A stretch of 63,889 nucleotides of DNA, filler included, from Welwitschia mirabilis (lineage: Eukaryota): assembly GCA_051453625.1 (NCBI GenBank). It is 6 parts of one record of this genome, joined end to end, with 100 filler letters (N's around TTAATTAATTAA, not from the genome) between each part and the next. Parts side by side here need not be neighbours in the genome. Positions count along the whole stretch, not along the records: positions 1 to 30,625 come from JBOZIK010000001.1; 5 more parts are not named here. The stretch is one strand, 5' to 3'. Shown in pieces: positions 13,300-27,399 of the stretch; within the stretch, counting starts at the first letter, position 1, and every line of letters starts with the position of its first letter. The notes beneath the pieces were generated by a model, which was not told the origin of the DNA, did not search any database, and saw only the letters and a program-made list of their open reading frames with translations. A program made the position numbers and the translations under genes.

Positions 13300-16200
13300 C
13301 TAAGAAGATGATGTTGAGTTAAAGAAATTAAATGCTTATCCCATCTTTAGTGATGAACATGATGAGGATCCCCTCCAATACATTATGGACATAGAACAAT
13401 TAGTTCTTACAGAAAAGGATTAGTAATCATACATACATGGTTATTTTTTTATAACATTGCAGGGAAGAGAAAAAATTTGGTTAAAAACATACCAAACAAG
13501 AGTCTCAAAATTTGGAACCAAGTCTAAAAAGCATTCATTAAAATATTCATGAGTGAAGAAACTATTAGAAAAATAAAAAAAAGAACTAAAAATTTTTTAA
13601 TAGCAACCTAATGAGGATTATTCTTCTACATAGGAGCAGTTCTTCATTGCCATTCACTCTAATATAGGAGATGCTTTTAAATGAGAAGATCTAATAAACT
13701 ACTTTTATAGTGGACTAAGAATCAAATAAAACAACTCGTAAACTTCTTTTATGATGGAAACTTTATGAACCTTACATTAGAGAATGCTTGGAAAACATTA
13801 GAGAAACTTGTGGAGGTAACTCAAACTTGGCTAACATCGAAAGATAACTGCACTGTAGGAGAATTCTTAAAGATTTGAAAGAGGTAAAACATGACAAGGA
13901 GGTAGACAAATCAATATACAACCATGTAAATATACTTAGATATTTCAGAATAACTTTGGAAAAGTATACTAAAATGATTTTAGATGCCAAATCAGCAATT
14001 GAGAAGATTGTGGTGCCAACATGTAACTTATGCAAGGACAATTATCACATTACCAAGTATTGTCCACTATTGCTAACATACAAGGAGAAAATATATAAAG
14101 AAGTATGATCTTAGTAAAAAATTTCCAAACTTTAAAAATCAAAATCTAACACAACCTAGGTTGAATACATAAACCTTTGACAACAAGTTAAAAATTTTTT
14201 AAATAATTTTCAACGTTTTAAAAATAGATTTGAAAATTCAAACTTTCAGTCAAGCTCATTAAACTTTTAACATCCAAATGATCCACTTATAAAATTTATA
14301 GATGAACTTAGAAAATCACAAGAAAAGATAAACTCCAGTTTAAAAAGGACAAATGCCAAACTTAAAAACTTAGTAAATACTCTTTAATAAACAATGTTGG
14401 CAAACCAAAGATCACAAGGATCATTGGCAATAAAACCTCTACCAAACCCTAACAAAATGAGAAGAGATTGTAAGTTTGTAACATGAAGTGGATATGAAAT
14501 AAATCCTTCTTTTTGTAAGAGATGAAGAGGAAGAAGAAGACATTAAAATATTAGAAAATTACAACTTCCCTTCTCTTGATAAAGGTAAAAAGAAAAATTA
14601 TTCACAATAATTAGAAAATAAACTAGCTATTCCTTGGCTCAATAGGATTAACACTAATTTAACTTTAAATGAACATTTTAAAACCTTGATGAAAACTATG
14701 AACATAAACTTATCCTTTTGAAAATTCTTGCAAGAAAATACAAGGTATTCAAAGCTATGAAAAAACTTAATAAGAATGGGAAAAATGAGTTACTCCTAGC
14801 AAAGTTTTTTGGGCACAATTCCTCATGAACTTAGTATTACAGAAATATCTAAAATTTAAAGATTCAGGGGTAGCAATAGTGAGTGATACATTAGAGGAAA
14901 ACAAAAAAATTAGGAGAGCTTTAATCAACATTAGAGTAAGTGTTAATATCATGACATTTTGCATTTGTAAGAGACTCGATTTAGAAGGTAGAATAAATCC
15001 TACTCAAATTCTCTTAGAGTTAGTAGATAATTCGGTTAAGAAACCCTTAGGGGTTATTAAAGATTTAGTGATCTAAATTAAAGAGGCATGATACCTAATA
15101 GATGTGGTTATCATAGAGGTTGAATATAATAGAGATTACTCATTACTTCTAAGATGAGCCTTCTGTGTAATAACCCACTGCATTCTTAAAACAAGAACCA
15201 GGATGATAAAGTATCATCTATAAAATAGAGAGTTTTTAAGTAGAGTGTTTGACACAGCTGAGGAAGATCTAAGTGATGAATGGGACATAGAGGATAAAAT
15301 CAAACCAAACCAACTGCATTCCTTCAACATCATCCCCTTAAGGAAAGATGGCTAACATTACACGAACTCATGCTTTATGATGATCCGCTTGAGATTAAGA
15401 ACTTAGAAGCCTTTAATACATTAAACTTTTGACATGAATTTTTAGATAGAATGAAGAAATAGAATTCTTAGATTGCAAGGAAGTCCAACTATTAAATAAA
15501 AACTCATACCTTGAGGGAGATCATCCACTACATAAGCCAAAAACTAAAAATATCAATCTGAAAAATATTCCTAGTGGACTAAAATATATTTTTCTCTGTG
15601 ATGATTAAAATAAACCTCTTATAATCAATTAAAATCTTTTCCCTAAATAAGGGTCAACATTAATCTCCCTTTTAACTTTCAAAATTCATGCTTTTGTTTG
15701 GTCTCATAAAGATTTATCTGCTATTCCTCCTTCTATTATTTAGCATAAAGTTTATCTTAAGTAAAATGTGAAACCTGTTAGAAAACCATAAAAAAGATTA
15801 AATTCAGCACTTAAACAAGTAGTTAAAAATTAAATCATTAAGTTAATGGATGCTGGAATCATTTATGCTATATTAGATAGTAAGTGTGTAAGTCCCTTGA
15901 CTGTAGTTTTTAAAAAGGATGGAAAATGGATATTCTGCATAAATTTTAGAAAACTAGATGAAGTCATAAAAAAAGATCATTATCCTATCCCCTTCCTTAA
16001 CCAAATATATGATAAAATTTAGGGATATTATTTCTATTACTTTTTAGATGGATATAGTGGTTATAACTAGGTTTGCATAGCTCGCAAAGACCAAGCCAAA
16101 ACAACTTTTACTTTATCTTTTAGGATGTTTGCTTTTAAAAGAATGCCTTTTAGATTATGTAACACTCCCGAGACTTTTCAATAAGTTATGATGGATATAT

Positions 16201-18495
16201 TTTTAAACATATTAGAGGATTAAATAGAAATATTTATGGACAATATCTTTAGAGAAATCTTTGATCAAACCTTAGAAAGATTAGAAAAAGTCCTTGATAG
16301 ATGCATAAAATGTGGTCTTTACTTAAGTTGGGAAAAAAGTTTATTCTTAGTTANNNNNNNNNNNNNNNNNNNNNNNNNNNNNNNNNNNNNNNNNNNNNNN
16401 NNNNNNNNNNNNNNNNNNNNNNNNNNNNNNNNNNNNNNNNNNNNNNNNNNNNNATGCATAAAATGTGGTCTTTACTGAAGTTGGGAAAAAAGTTTATTCT
16501 TAGTTAAAAGTGAAATTGTTCTAGACCACAAAATTTATAAAAGAGAAATTAAGATGGACCCTGTTAAAGTTGGTATTATTCAATACTTAACTCCTTTAAC
16601 CAATGTTAAGAAACTCTAATCTTTTCTTGGACATTATGATTTTTATCCCTATTTCATACAAGATTATGATAAAATCTATAAACCCCTATACTAATTACTA
16701 GAAAAAGAAGTTAAATTTGATTGGAATACATCTTACTAGCTTTCTTTTGATAAACTCAAACATAAAATCTCTTATGCTCCTATTGATATAAGACCTAACT
16801 AAAAAAAGATTTTAAGTTAATATGTAAAGCTAGTAATTTTCCTATAGGTGGGGTGCTTTGGAAGAAATATGAAAACGAGTTTGAAGTCATATCTTATCAT
16901 AGTAAAACATTGTTCAAAGCTCAAGAAAATCATTTAACTACCAAAAGAGAAATGTTAGCCATAATCGTTTACCTTAATACTCTTAGTATTATCTTTTATG
17001 CTTCTACATAAATGTTTACATAGATCATGCGGTGATTAAATACCAAATGACTAAGAAATATTCTAGTACTAGATTGATTAGATAAATCCTCTTAATTAAA
17101 GAATTTAATCTCATCATTATAGCTAAAGTAAGAAAACATAACAACATGGCATATTACTTATCACACCTTACTAATTATTTTGATAATCTTCCTATCAATG
17201 ATTCTTTTCTAGATGAATAATTATTTGTTGTATCTTATACTCATCTCCCTCCATGGTATGCTGCTATTGTCAACTATCTTGTTACTTTAAAAACACCATA
17301 AAATTGGAGTCACAATCAAAGAAAATATTTTCTCCATAGGAGAGGTAATATGAATGGATAGCGCCCAATCTTTATCATAGGTGTAAGGATAAAATCATGA
17401 GGAAAGGTATACTAAAATGGGAGAAACTTAACATCCTTCACCTTTATCATGGTAGTATTTGCGGTGGATGTTTGAGTAATTAGAAAATAGCCATGAAAAT
17501 TCTCCACTCTGGATTCTATTAGCCTAGCCTTTTTTAGGATTTTTTTGAGTATGCTAGAAGGTGTGATGCATGTTAATATTTTGGTAGCCTTTTACAATCA
17601 CAAGAGATGCCCCTTAAAATTATTTTTGAGTGTGAACCTTTTAACTATTGGGGAAAAAATTTCATAGGCCCAATCAAACCACTTTCTAAAGACAAAAATT
17701 ATATCTTAGTTACTGCAAATTATGTGACTAAATGGGTTAAAGTAGTTCCTACTTTCTAAAATGATGCCAGAACATTTACAAATTTGTTAGAAATTAAATT
17801 TTTTAATACTTTGATTTTCCTTGAATAATCATCAGTGATGATGGAACTCACTTCATTAACCATCTCTTTAGGAAGCTTCTTTTATCCATTGATATAGAAC
17901 ATCGTGTAGCTTATGCTTATCATCCTAAAACTAATAGATAAGATGAAAATGCTAATAGAGAAATTAAGAAAATGTTTTAAAATCTTATTTCTACTAATAA
18001 AAAGTCTTGTAATTTTAGAGTAAATGATGCTCTTTGGGCTTATCATATCACTTAGCATAATTCACTTGATTTTCACCTTATGAACTTCTATACGGTAAAT
18101 TTTATGTTTTACTTATTAATGTTTGTTATAATTCTTATTATTCTACACATCAACTTAATCTTTTAGACTTAAAATAAAAACCTTAAATTTTTTTTAGCTC
18201 AATTGATTCATTTAGATAAAAAAGAAACTTGAGCTATTTATTCTCAACTTATCTATAAAGCCCAAAGTAAGTTCAAGCATGATAAAAAGTTGATTTAGAA
18301 GAACTTTAAACCTAGTCAACTTGTCTTGTTATACAATACTAGGATACATATTTTACATAAAAAGTTAATCTTAAAATGTCTAGATCCTTACCTTATTCAG
18401 AAAGTAAATTCTAATGGATTTGTTAAGATTTTTGACTTAACCACTAAATAAATTTAGAAGGTTAATGGGTAAAGTTTGAAAATATACAAGCAACC
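13300..18495 (+). pseudogene. Athila-like gag-pol pseudogene (gag ~13300-14100, protease ~14850-15200, RT ~15700-16750, RNase H ~16800-17200, integrase ~17250-18495)
   Basis: DEDPLQYI; zinc-knuckle-like CNLCKDNYHITKYC; RALINIRVSVNIM; KLMDAGIIY, KKDHYPIPF, FLDGYSGYN, RMPFRLCN, IFMDNI; PPWYAAIVNYL, NYVTKWVK, IISDDGTHFIN, AYHPKTN, KVNG. Confidence 0.92.
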
Positions 18496-19699
18496 TTATG
18501 TATTTATTTTCATAACTAGTCTTTGAGTTGGGATTTTTATAGTGGTAAGATTGAATTTACCAAATCTTAAGACATTCACACATCTATGAACTTTAGTTTG
18601 AAAGAAGATGCTTTATTTCTGAAGTTTTTCTCAATGGTAAAAAGATCTTAGATTATTTAAGAATGTTCTTTTCTATCTTTTATCTTATTACTTTACCTTT
18701 GTCTTTTGGAGTGTTTGATCATGTGGAATGTTTCATTTGTGAAAAAAATGAAAAATAAAAACATAAGAAGAAGAGAAGTGTAAAATAAGACCATGATGTT
18801 TTATATTTTAGATAACTCAAAAAAAACATGATCACTATGATGTCCTACCACAAGTACACTGGGGAAAATTTTCCTATAAGGGGCCTTTGGCAGTGTAATA
18901 TGGTAGCCATGGAACTTCATTGGGGGTTCAGTTGGTCATACTTCATGAGTCCTTACTTCTCTAACTATGGTTGCACTTCCCTCATCATGGATAGTTAAAT
19001 AATAAATAATAATAACTTTGAGGCTATGGGATCAACAGTCCTAGTGTCATCAAAGACATTGCTTGTTTCTTAGAATCTTAGTCTTTTCATGTGATCATTT
19101 TATTTCTAAGAATATAGGTGTTTGTTTTGAGATGTAAGTAGGTAAGTTCATTTTTAGTAACTCTTTGATCTTATCACTTATTGTTTAAAGCATTTTATTT
19201 TTAGCATAATCATAACCACTACCTCATCAATTGGATTTTTTTTTTAATACATTAAGTCATGCATTTTAAAATTAAGTGATGTTATAATTTCTTCCACAAG
19301 AGTCTATTAAATTTTCAAAAGTTACATGCTCTTGATTATTACAATTTACAAATAAGAGGGGAAAAAAATAGAAGAATTGAGAGTAGTAGTTTGAAAACTT
19401 CGACTTGGAAAAGGAGGAAAGAAAATGAGTCTAAGCTTTTGTAAGCTTATTTACTAGAAATGCTTCACTTTAATGATATCCTATGATTTTCTTATAATAT
19501 ATTTTAAACTAGCATGTGTATTAGCTTGAGTCATGATGATATAATCTCATTTACCATATTGGCATGGTAAACTTAACTAGCACTTGATCCTTCATTGCAA
19601 TAAAAATAGATAGTAAGAATTCTAACTACTTAGAGTCCATATAATTATAAAAACTTAAATTAAGTGAGTAAGTAATTCACTTAAATGAAAATAAAACAT

Positions 19700-21420
19700 G
19701 ATAGTTAAGTTATACATAAGTATTTAAAGTACAAAGTGAATCGCCTACTTGAAATCAAAAGAAAAACCACTTTTATATATTAAGAAGAACATATTACATC
19801 AAAAGAAGAGGGATGATAGTAGAACTTCTAGCTCACTTCCCAAAGACATTCTTAAAATTTTATTATGACTTAATGCTATAAATATTTAAAGTTTGATCAA
19901 AATAAAGGATATTACAATAAAGGACATAAGGCCCTTTTATAGGCAAAGATGAAGGTGGGGGATGGGTATAAGCCTTTGAATTATAGAATTAAATGAGTGG
20001 TTACAAAATGATAGGAGTAGGTAGGGCGTTTTTAATTTTTTTCATTTGGTATAGATCATTATGATAAGGCCAAGACTTTACTCTTAGATGCTACTACTTC
20101 TTTTAACTATTGTTATTGTCATGTGTATCCACCATTATTTTACTCAATAATTCCACATGTCGCTTTTGCAAATTATCATCATTAATACTATGTATCATCA
20201 AAAATTCAAGTTTTTTCTAATGTGAAATTTGATCAAGCTCATAACTATATTTGCATTAATTTCTCATAATAAGCCATGAATGTGAGATTTGCAGTGTTTT
20301 ATGTAGAAGGAATGATGGCACTAGGTGAATAACAATGCCAACATTTTAGGTTGAATTGTCATCAAATTTTAATTTGTCCTTCAAAATGCAATAAGTATTT
20401 TGAAGATGTCATAAAACAAATGATAAGTTTAAGATTAATATAAAAAAAAAATAAAAGATATGTTTTTATGATAAATCAGTTATATTAATGTCTTCCATTA
20501 AGATAAACTAGTTAATTAAATTTATTAGAATGTTAATATTTAATGTTAATAATAACATTTTGTAAAAAGTATGATAAAGATGAACAACATGAAAAAAATT
20601 TGAATGTAAAAGCATTTAAGTATGATGTGCAAAAGATGCTAAAAATTTAAAAAATTGTAATCAATCTTGGGAAAAAATTACACTTAATCAAAATAATAAA
20701 CATCACTAAGTAATAAGGTGTAATTTTTACTTCCTCTAATTAAATGAGATTTTATCCTTAAAGTTTATAAGAGATTTGATAAAATGTAATAATTAAAGCA
20801 AAATAATACATGTATGAACTAGAAAGAAAGTGCTAAAAATGCATGAAAATGTAAAATGTGGAATGCAAAGTACTAAAAAAAATTGCAATGCAAAATGTAT
20901 AAATATGCCTAAAAATGATGCATATAATAATAAAAATAAAAATATATCTTAAAAGTAATAATCAATCACTATATTAAAAATTAAAAATATTGTAAAGGAT
21001 GAAATTATAGGGAAAATGAGATGGAAAAATAGAAAGTAAAAATGAAATATGAAATTGAAATGTGATAGTTGTAAATAAGTTATAAAGTACATTATAATTA
21101 GTTTCTAGAAAATTTTACAATGGCTGAAAAGCTTAATAGGCTATAAATAATGTAAAAAGTATATTAGAAAAATCCACAACCAAAACTAAGTAGGTGGACA
21201 AGGGCACTAATCAAGACTATCAATAAAAGTAGTTCTATTACTTTTCTAGGCATGAAATACTATATGCAAAATTATTAAATAACAAGAAAAATTTTCAAGA
21301 TATAGGTCAAATTAAGAAAAAGGAACTAAAAGTAAATTTGTATTACATGATGAAAAATCATTATATTATAGGTACAGTTATATGCAAAAAATGAAAATCA
21401 CAATGCATGATGTCAAAACT
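19700..21420 (+). mobile_element. Possible Mutator-like (MuDR) transposase relic
   Basis: Weak motifs in MULE order: RP../LLDAT (~20065-20095), MAEKLNRL (~21120, cf. AESFN), ICKK*KSQC (~21382, cf. SWIM finger). Heavily decayed. Confidence 0.28.
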
Positions 21421-24400
21421 AGAAATGTAGGAGAAAATAAAAAGGGAAATAAGGGTGAAAAAGGGGTTAACTAATTCATATTATATAAAAAAAAATCCTT
21501 TTGCTTATGAGAGATTTTCTCCATTTCTTCCATATCTTTCCAATTCATGTGTTGTACTTTCCTAGTGCTTACTCTAAAAATGATTTACTTGAGGTGAAAG
21601 AAAAGAATTATAGAGGAGAAGGATAAAGAAGAAAAGAAGGGAATTAAGAATATTTCTTAATGGATTATTTATTCTTTATTCTTACTATAGAAGAGGAATA
21701 AGGGAAAGAGTAAAGTTGATAATGGATAAAAGTAGGATTTTGATTCTCTTCTTCTTCTCCTTTCTCTTGTTGGTCTTCTTCTTATTACTCCTTTGGAATA
21801 TAATCTAAATTCTTACAGATTTAACTTGAACCATTTTCTTTAGTGTAATGCTTTCTATGTAATCTTTATTTCAACTATCACAATCAAAAGTAGTGTAAAG
21901 AGTATTATGAAGGAGACTAAAAACTAGCATGAAAAGGGTAAGTTTCTCTTATGACCTATATGGTTAGTAAGGGTATGAAAAGGGAATTTAGGTGTATCAA
22001 AAGAGAAGTTACATTAAATGATCTTAATTACATCTAAATGATTATTATGTAAATTTGTGATATGGGATGTGGATTGGATGTTCCTAATAATGAATCTAAA
22101 AAGTACTAGTTAATTCTTATGTATAAATGTACATGGAGGTTCCTTATCTATTGGATGCATATTCAACATTAAAGATATTAGAACAATATAGAAGGATTTA
22201 TAAGGTAAAAAGGAAGATCATCATGCTACTCTAAACCAGAAATCATTTCTAAATCACTTAAGAAATTAGTAGAGATAATATCATGAACTTGGAAATGGAA
22301 AATCTAAGGATCTTCATCATCATATATAGCATGCTTACAAAAGTATAATACCTATTTAGAATAGTAGTAGGCATTTTCTTTCTTTATCTAGTAGTTCCAA
22401 TCTCTATTTTCAATCCTAAAAGGTAGAAGGAAGAGTATAGATTAAGAAAAGAAGTAATAATTCCTTCCTTAGTGAAGGTTCGTTATCTCTCACTTATGAT
22501 AACATATAAAAACAAAAATAATGAAGAGGAAAAAAATAGAAGTGGAAGAGAAGTGGAAGAGAAGAGTGATGAAGTTAGGAGCAAAAATACTTTGAAAAAT
22601 AGAGCAAAATGAATAACATATAATGATATGAATAAAAAATAGGCTCATTAATAGAACTAAATAACATAGAATGCTAATAAAATGTGATATGTAGAAATGA
22701 AGTAAGTTGCAGTAGAAACAAATAAAAACATTGGTGAAGAATAGTGGTAGCATCAACAAATACAAGAAAAGGCATTCAAGCTTAAAGGAAAATGTGGAAA
22801 TGAATATAAGGATTATTAAAGACTTTTAAGTAAAAGATGCAATAAGTTTTAAAACACATGAGTTTTATAGAAATGAGGTGAAATGATAATCATTGGATTA
22901 CCTAGTTCTATCAATAACTCTGATTGATTTTTCATGGATATAGACTTAGATAGCTCAATTAAATCATAAGAAAGACATGTATGCTTTCAAGGTGTTTTTT
23001 TTTCAAAGAAGGAAATAAAGGATTTTAATGGATGAAAAGGGTAAAATAAATTATAAAATGAAAATGAAAATGAATTTTCAACTATCCAATCTATAAATAA
23101 ATGAAACTAAGATGCAATTAATGTCGTAATTTTTAATTTTATAATTTTTAATGGATCATTTGTCAAATAAGAAGAATTCTAAATTAGGTAAACCAAAGTA
23201 ATTTTATGAGTATTAAAGATATTTTGAGTAACGAATGTAAAGTAAACACATCAAATGAAGTATTCCAAGATCATCATAGTTTTATTCCAATATTTTTCCT
23301 TATATAATCATAAGTGAGATGTTTCAAGCATCTGATCAGATTGATCATTTAGTATTATGTACCTTCTTATAATAGACTTAACATGTTATAGATGAAGAGG
23401 TTAGTGCTAAATTGTAAGTGAGCGTTTATTGTTTTAATGCAAATGAATGTACCACAAATAAATTGTTATAGTTGCATTGCTAGGAGGTGTTCATATATCT
23501 AATGTAGTTAACTAAAATCAATAATAAAGATAACAAAGAAACATATCCTTATAGAGTAGATTATTCTTTTCATTTTTCTATTTTTTGTTTTAAAGAATAT
23601 AAAAGGGGATCATTGGATCATTAGTCTAAAAAAAAGATTAATTCATTCCCATGAATTCTTTAAACTAAACCACAAAATGAAAGTAGAAAAAATACCTTCC
23701 ATTTCTTGATTCCAACTTACATATAAAAAGTAAATGCAAAATTGAATAAAAGAACTCAAATTAAAAAATGACTTACTCTTAGAAAGAAAATACTCACTTA
23801 ACCTCAACCAAAGCCTTAGAAGACAAAGATCACTTATTATTATTTTATGTGAAAGGCCATTAACCAAGATTAGTAAGTTTCATAGACTCATAAGATGTTG
23901 GAAGGAATGGATGAAAATATTTTATGGAATCATTTTGAAATGGAATATGTGAAAAAATGGACTTAAGTAGATGATTAAATAAAGGTTAATGTTTAGGATA
24001 TTTTATGAAATAGGTATCCTTAGGAAATATTTGATTTCTTATGGATTGATTTGATTATTTTAAGGTGAACATATTAAGAAATAAATTCTATGTTGATCAC
24101 TTAATAAGGCTAGGATAAATTCATGAAGATATTGAAAAAGAAAAAACTCATAAGTTTCATGGATATTAGACTCAAAATTATGAGAATGGGGATGAAGCGA
24201 TGGGTAAGGAATGAAAATTTTTTTTATCAAGGACTTCATACATGAGTTCAAAAACTAAAAAATAACATGAGGAGTCAAACACTAGGATTCAAATATTCAA
24301 ATCAGAAGAAGTTCGATTTATGTCTTTTCCATGCTTTTCCAATAACTCTTGTAAAACATCTTTACTAGATGAAGACATAAATGAATGAATAATTTTTAAG

Positions 24401-24549
24401 TAAGTATTATTATCATTTAAAGAACATCTTTAAAATTATTGAAATCTAGTTCTAAATCAAAATAAGGATTATTTTCAAAATCAAAATTCAACTTAGACTC
24501 AAAAGATGAATGAGAAGGGAAAACATTTTTCTATGTAATCTTATGAGAT

Positions 24550-26750
24550 TCACTATCAACCCCATCCATAAAGTCAACTTCATCAATGTCATTATGTTAT
24601 TTTATGGCATTGAAAACATTCAACTCAATAGTTATATTTTCAAAATAAATTTTCATAAGATCATTTCTATAGTTGATAATGACATTTAAAGCTTCTAGGA
24701 AAGGTTAATGTAGAATCACAAAAATTGAATTATTTCTAGCTTGTTCCATCTCCAAAATTATAAAGTCTATAGGGAAGTAGTAATTATCAACTTAAATCAT
24801 CACATACTATAATAATTTAAGTGATGATTTTAAATAATTATAAGCTAATTACAATTAACATTTAATGCTTTTAAGGTTATTTAGACCAAGTTATTTGTAA
24901 ACATAATAAGGTAAGAGATTAACACTTACTTCAAGATATAATAAAGTAATGTGTGTACCTCCAATGGTAATTGATATGGTAGGGAATCTTGGATTTCTTT
25001 ATTTGAAAAGGATTTGATTTTAAATGATTTTTATAGTTTGTTAAGATAAGAAGGCTATACTTATGACATTTATCCTTCTCTTCTTAATGGTGCATAAGCC
25101 CTTAAGAAATTTGGAAGATAATGGAGCTTTCTTAATAACTTCTAAGAGAGGAATGTTGATATTTACTTATTTGGAAATATTAAGGGATTCTTTATTCTTC
25201 TTTGCAAGGTTATCTTTTCCAAATTTTTAAGAAAATGCAAAAGGCTCTTTATGAGGTGGAATGTGTTATTTAAGTTTTTCCTCTACTTCATTTTCTTCAT
25301 TGATAGGATTAATTAAAACTTAATCCTCTACTGATTGGTCCTTTTATACCTCTTGGTGAATTTCCTTTTTACTTCTAAGAAGTATGCCTCTGATTTCTCT
25401 AATGTAACTTTTCTCTTACCCTTCTACAATATTTATACCTCTAGGATTAGGTTTAGGAGTGATGTAAAATTTACCTTTTATGTTTTGGTTGAGTGTGAAA
25501 ATTATTCATATGGTAGTTTGATTCACATGTCACACATTTTATTCTAATATTTGAAGTAAATGAAGTTTGATGGTTTATTTTTCATTGTTAGCTATTGATT
25601 GTAGTTTGTAATTCCATGAAATTATTAAGTGTATATTTTAAGAAATTTAAAGATGAATGTTGATTATTAAAAGATGAAAGATAATAAGTGGAAGATAGAG
25701 GATAAGGATTAGAAGATGATGAAGGATATGAATTTCTAGATTGGTTTCTATTTGTTTTTTCTTATTATTATCTTATCTTTATAAGAAATTAGCATGATTC
25801 CTTCATCCAAGATTGTATGTATTAAAATAAGAGCTTCTTTGAATTTACAAATTTTTTCCTACAATGTTGACTTGATACTTGACTATATCTTAAAACATAG
25901 AGATGAAAAAACATTTAGTAGCCTCATATGTATTTACATGGCATATGAAACACTCCATTTTTATAACTATGCACTTACGAAAAGTGCTATGTAACTATGC
26001 ACTTAGGAAAAGTGTTAAGTTATTTTATCTTTCTTGACATCTCATCTAATTCATTATTGAATTTGAAGCATTTAAATATCTCAAAAGTACTAGTTGATTT
26101 ACTAGGATGATGAGATCTAGAAGGCTTACTATGATTTTTTTTAATTCTTTAACCTTTTGGAAATGGTCTCTAAAAAGTTCCAAGATTCATCTATTATAAG
26201 GTCAAGAAACTTCCTCTACACATCATTTCTACAAGTCGCCTATGATTAGAGTAAAGTTATTGATAAAAGAATCCTATAATTTGTCTAATTTAAATCCATT
26301 ATAAGGGAATTTAAGTAAGAGATCTTTGAATCTTTTAAGTGTTTAAGAGAAGTTCTCATAATTGTTTTATTAAAATGCTATTATCTCTCTTCTAAGAGCA
26401 TTGGCTTTATAACTTGGAAAATATTTCTTATTGAAAGCTTAGTTTAAGTCTATTCAAGTCATAGTAGACATAAATTTTGATTTGAATAAATAAGGCCTAG
26501 CCTTTTCTTCAAGGAAAAAAGAAAATATGTTAACATAAGTGCATCTAAAGTATTAGGATTTTATGAAATGGTAAATTATAGATCCTTAGATTTTTAGCTA
26601 TGAAAATGGGATAAAATTTGAGTCATAGCTAGTTTGAAGTCTATATTATAAGCATTAATAGGTTGAATGACACATAAAGAAGTCCCTAGATATTAAAGTT
26701 ATAAGTAGTCTCTAAGTGTTTATTTAAGTAATTTATTAAAATAAAGCTTT
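24550..26750 (-). pseudogene. Athila-type gag-protease pseudogene fragment
   Basis: Minus strand reads KKYFPSYKANALRREIIAF and RFKDLLLKFPY (Retrotrans_gag), INIPLLEVIKKAP, KFLK, IPTISITIG..LEVSVNLLPYYVY (protease region). Confidence 0.82.
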
Positions 26751-27399
26751 AAAAAAAGAATTATGTTGATAACGAAATTGATGGTTTTGAATAAATAAAG
26801 AAGGTTTTGCACATTTGATTAATCATTTTAGTCCATATTATTAGGTTCATCATGTGGTCTTTCTTTTGATCTACTTTTGAAAATGTCTTTACCTCTATTT
26901 TTTGTATTAAAATCCATGATTAAATTAGGAGAAGTTTTATGAAGTTTACTATTAAGTTTACATTGATAACTAATGTAAGATCCCATAAGATTATAGAATA
27001 TCAGAAAATTTGAAAAAGAGAAGGAAAAAAAACTAGAATAAGAGAAGAACAAGCTTGAAGTATGTGCTGAGTATTATTGCTTGTGTTATTTTTTAATGTA
27101 ATCACTCACATGAATTAAAAATCATAGTAGAAATAATGCATTAGCATATAATTACTTGATGTCTTTAATGTGAGTGCTCTTTTGTCAAGTTCAAGATATT
27201 TTATCCTATATAGCTTCAAAAAATCATTTTTCAAAAGTTATTTAAATCTATTTATTTTTGTCTTTTATATGTCTAAGGTAATCTGGTCTATTAACCTAAG
27301 GAGATAACCATTTGAAGTAGTTTTAGCATTGTTAAATGATTATAAATCACTAGGTTCTAACATCAAATGACTATTTTTATTTAAAATTATTCTTTGAGA

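Larger units (their letters stand above)
11166..19296 (+). mobile_element. Athila-like Ty3/gypsy retrotransposon (family B): 5' LTR, PBS, gag-PR-RT-RH-INT, 3' UTR; 3' LTR missing
   Basis: Gypsy domain order and tRNA-Asp-type PBS. The 3' UTR matches the minus-strand copy at ~48500-49490 up to about 19296 and then diverges. Confidence 0.88.

Noticed and set aside
16301..16506. Apparent duplication inside the RT
   Set aside because: Near-identical 53-bp flanks of an N gap: an assembly overlap.
18940..18960. CTTCATGAGTCC resembling the hammerhead core CTGATGAGTCC
   Set aside because: Core mismatch, no GAAA or stem II partner, and not conserved in the other two copies.
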